From Nemertoderma westbladi (Eukaryota > Animalia > Xenacoelomorpha), in NCBI GenBank assembly GCA_032718475.1, contig JAUCBJ010002696.1, forward strand, positions 1-33,335: a DNA stretch of 33,335 bases. The letters run 5' to 3'. This document shows positions 33,021 to 33,335 of the stretch, one piece after another (position 1 is the stretch's first letter; the number at the start of each line of letters is the position of its first letter). Made by a program: the position numbers and the translations under genes. The notes beneath the pieces are model-generated. The model ran no database searches and had not been told where the DNA came from. It saw only the letters and a program-made list of their open reading frames with translations.

Positions 33021-33133
33021 ATATTAATTAAATAAATTGGAGATGAGCTGTTGCAACTGTAATTAAAGGTGTAATATTATGGGTTTGTTCAACAGCAGCT
33101 CAACAGCTCATCTCCAATTTATTTAATTAATAT
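33021..33133. repeat. 33-bp inverted copy at the array boundary
   Basis: ATATTAATTAAATAAATTGGAGATGAGCTGTTG (33021-33053) is the exact reverse complement of 33101-33133. Confidence 0.9.
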
Positions 33134-33335
33134 TTATTATACATGATTATGCTAATGTAATGTACTTATTTTACAAAATATATTTACTTATTTGTGTTAT
33201 TTATACTTATAGGTGTTTTATTTATTAGTTATAATTTGATTTATATTTCTCGGTATTGTGATGAACTACTATGTATCGACGGAAAATGAATTTCTTGAGG
33301 TGATTGTACGAGCTTGACACGTTGGCAGGTACTGC

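Larger units (their letters stand above)
31350..33091 (-). repeat. 340-bp tandem array (about 5.1 units), hammerhead-containing, retrozyme/SINE-like
   Basis: CGTACGTTTC recurs at 31441, 31781, 32121, 32461 and 32801, an exact 340-bp period. The units look identical from about 31521 onward, while 31350-31520 is diverged. Confidence 0.97.

Noticed and set aside
33255-33290. GTGATGA...GGAAA as another hammerhead
   Set aside because: The core lacks C3, and no stems I-III can be formed.

Overview
AT-rich animal (invertebrate-type) genomic DNA with no prokaryotic features. Two host genes lie on the minus strand. One is an intronless SLC18B1-like MFS transporter (4662-5987) with a partial duplicate of its 3' end at 1678-2549. 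The other is a spliced aminergic GPCR resembling invertebrate D1-like Dop1R2/INDR receptors, with six phase-consistent coding exons between 25632 and 10648; its first exon is uncertain. The rest is mostly repeats: three copies of one RTE-clade LINE, L2/CR1-group fragments, two piggyBac-like non-autonomous elements, Harbinger-like MITEs, tRNA-derived SINEs, a 17-bp satellite and a 63-bp minisatellite. The main discovery is a 340-bp tandem array at about 31350-33091. On the minus strand each unit carries a minimal type I hammerhead ribozyme with a palindromic stem III. The ribozyme sits between a tRNA-type Pol III box A and box B, is followed by a T6 terminator, and is enclosed by a longer hairpin that shows compensatory changes between copies. 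The array lies just 5' of the longest RTE copy. All calls are by eye; no database searches or folding programs were run.
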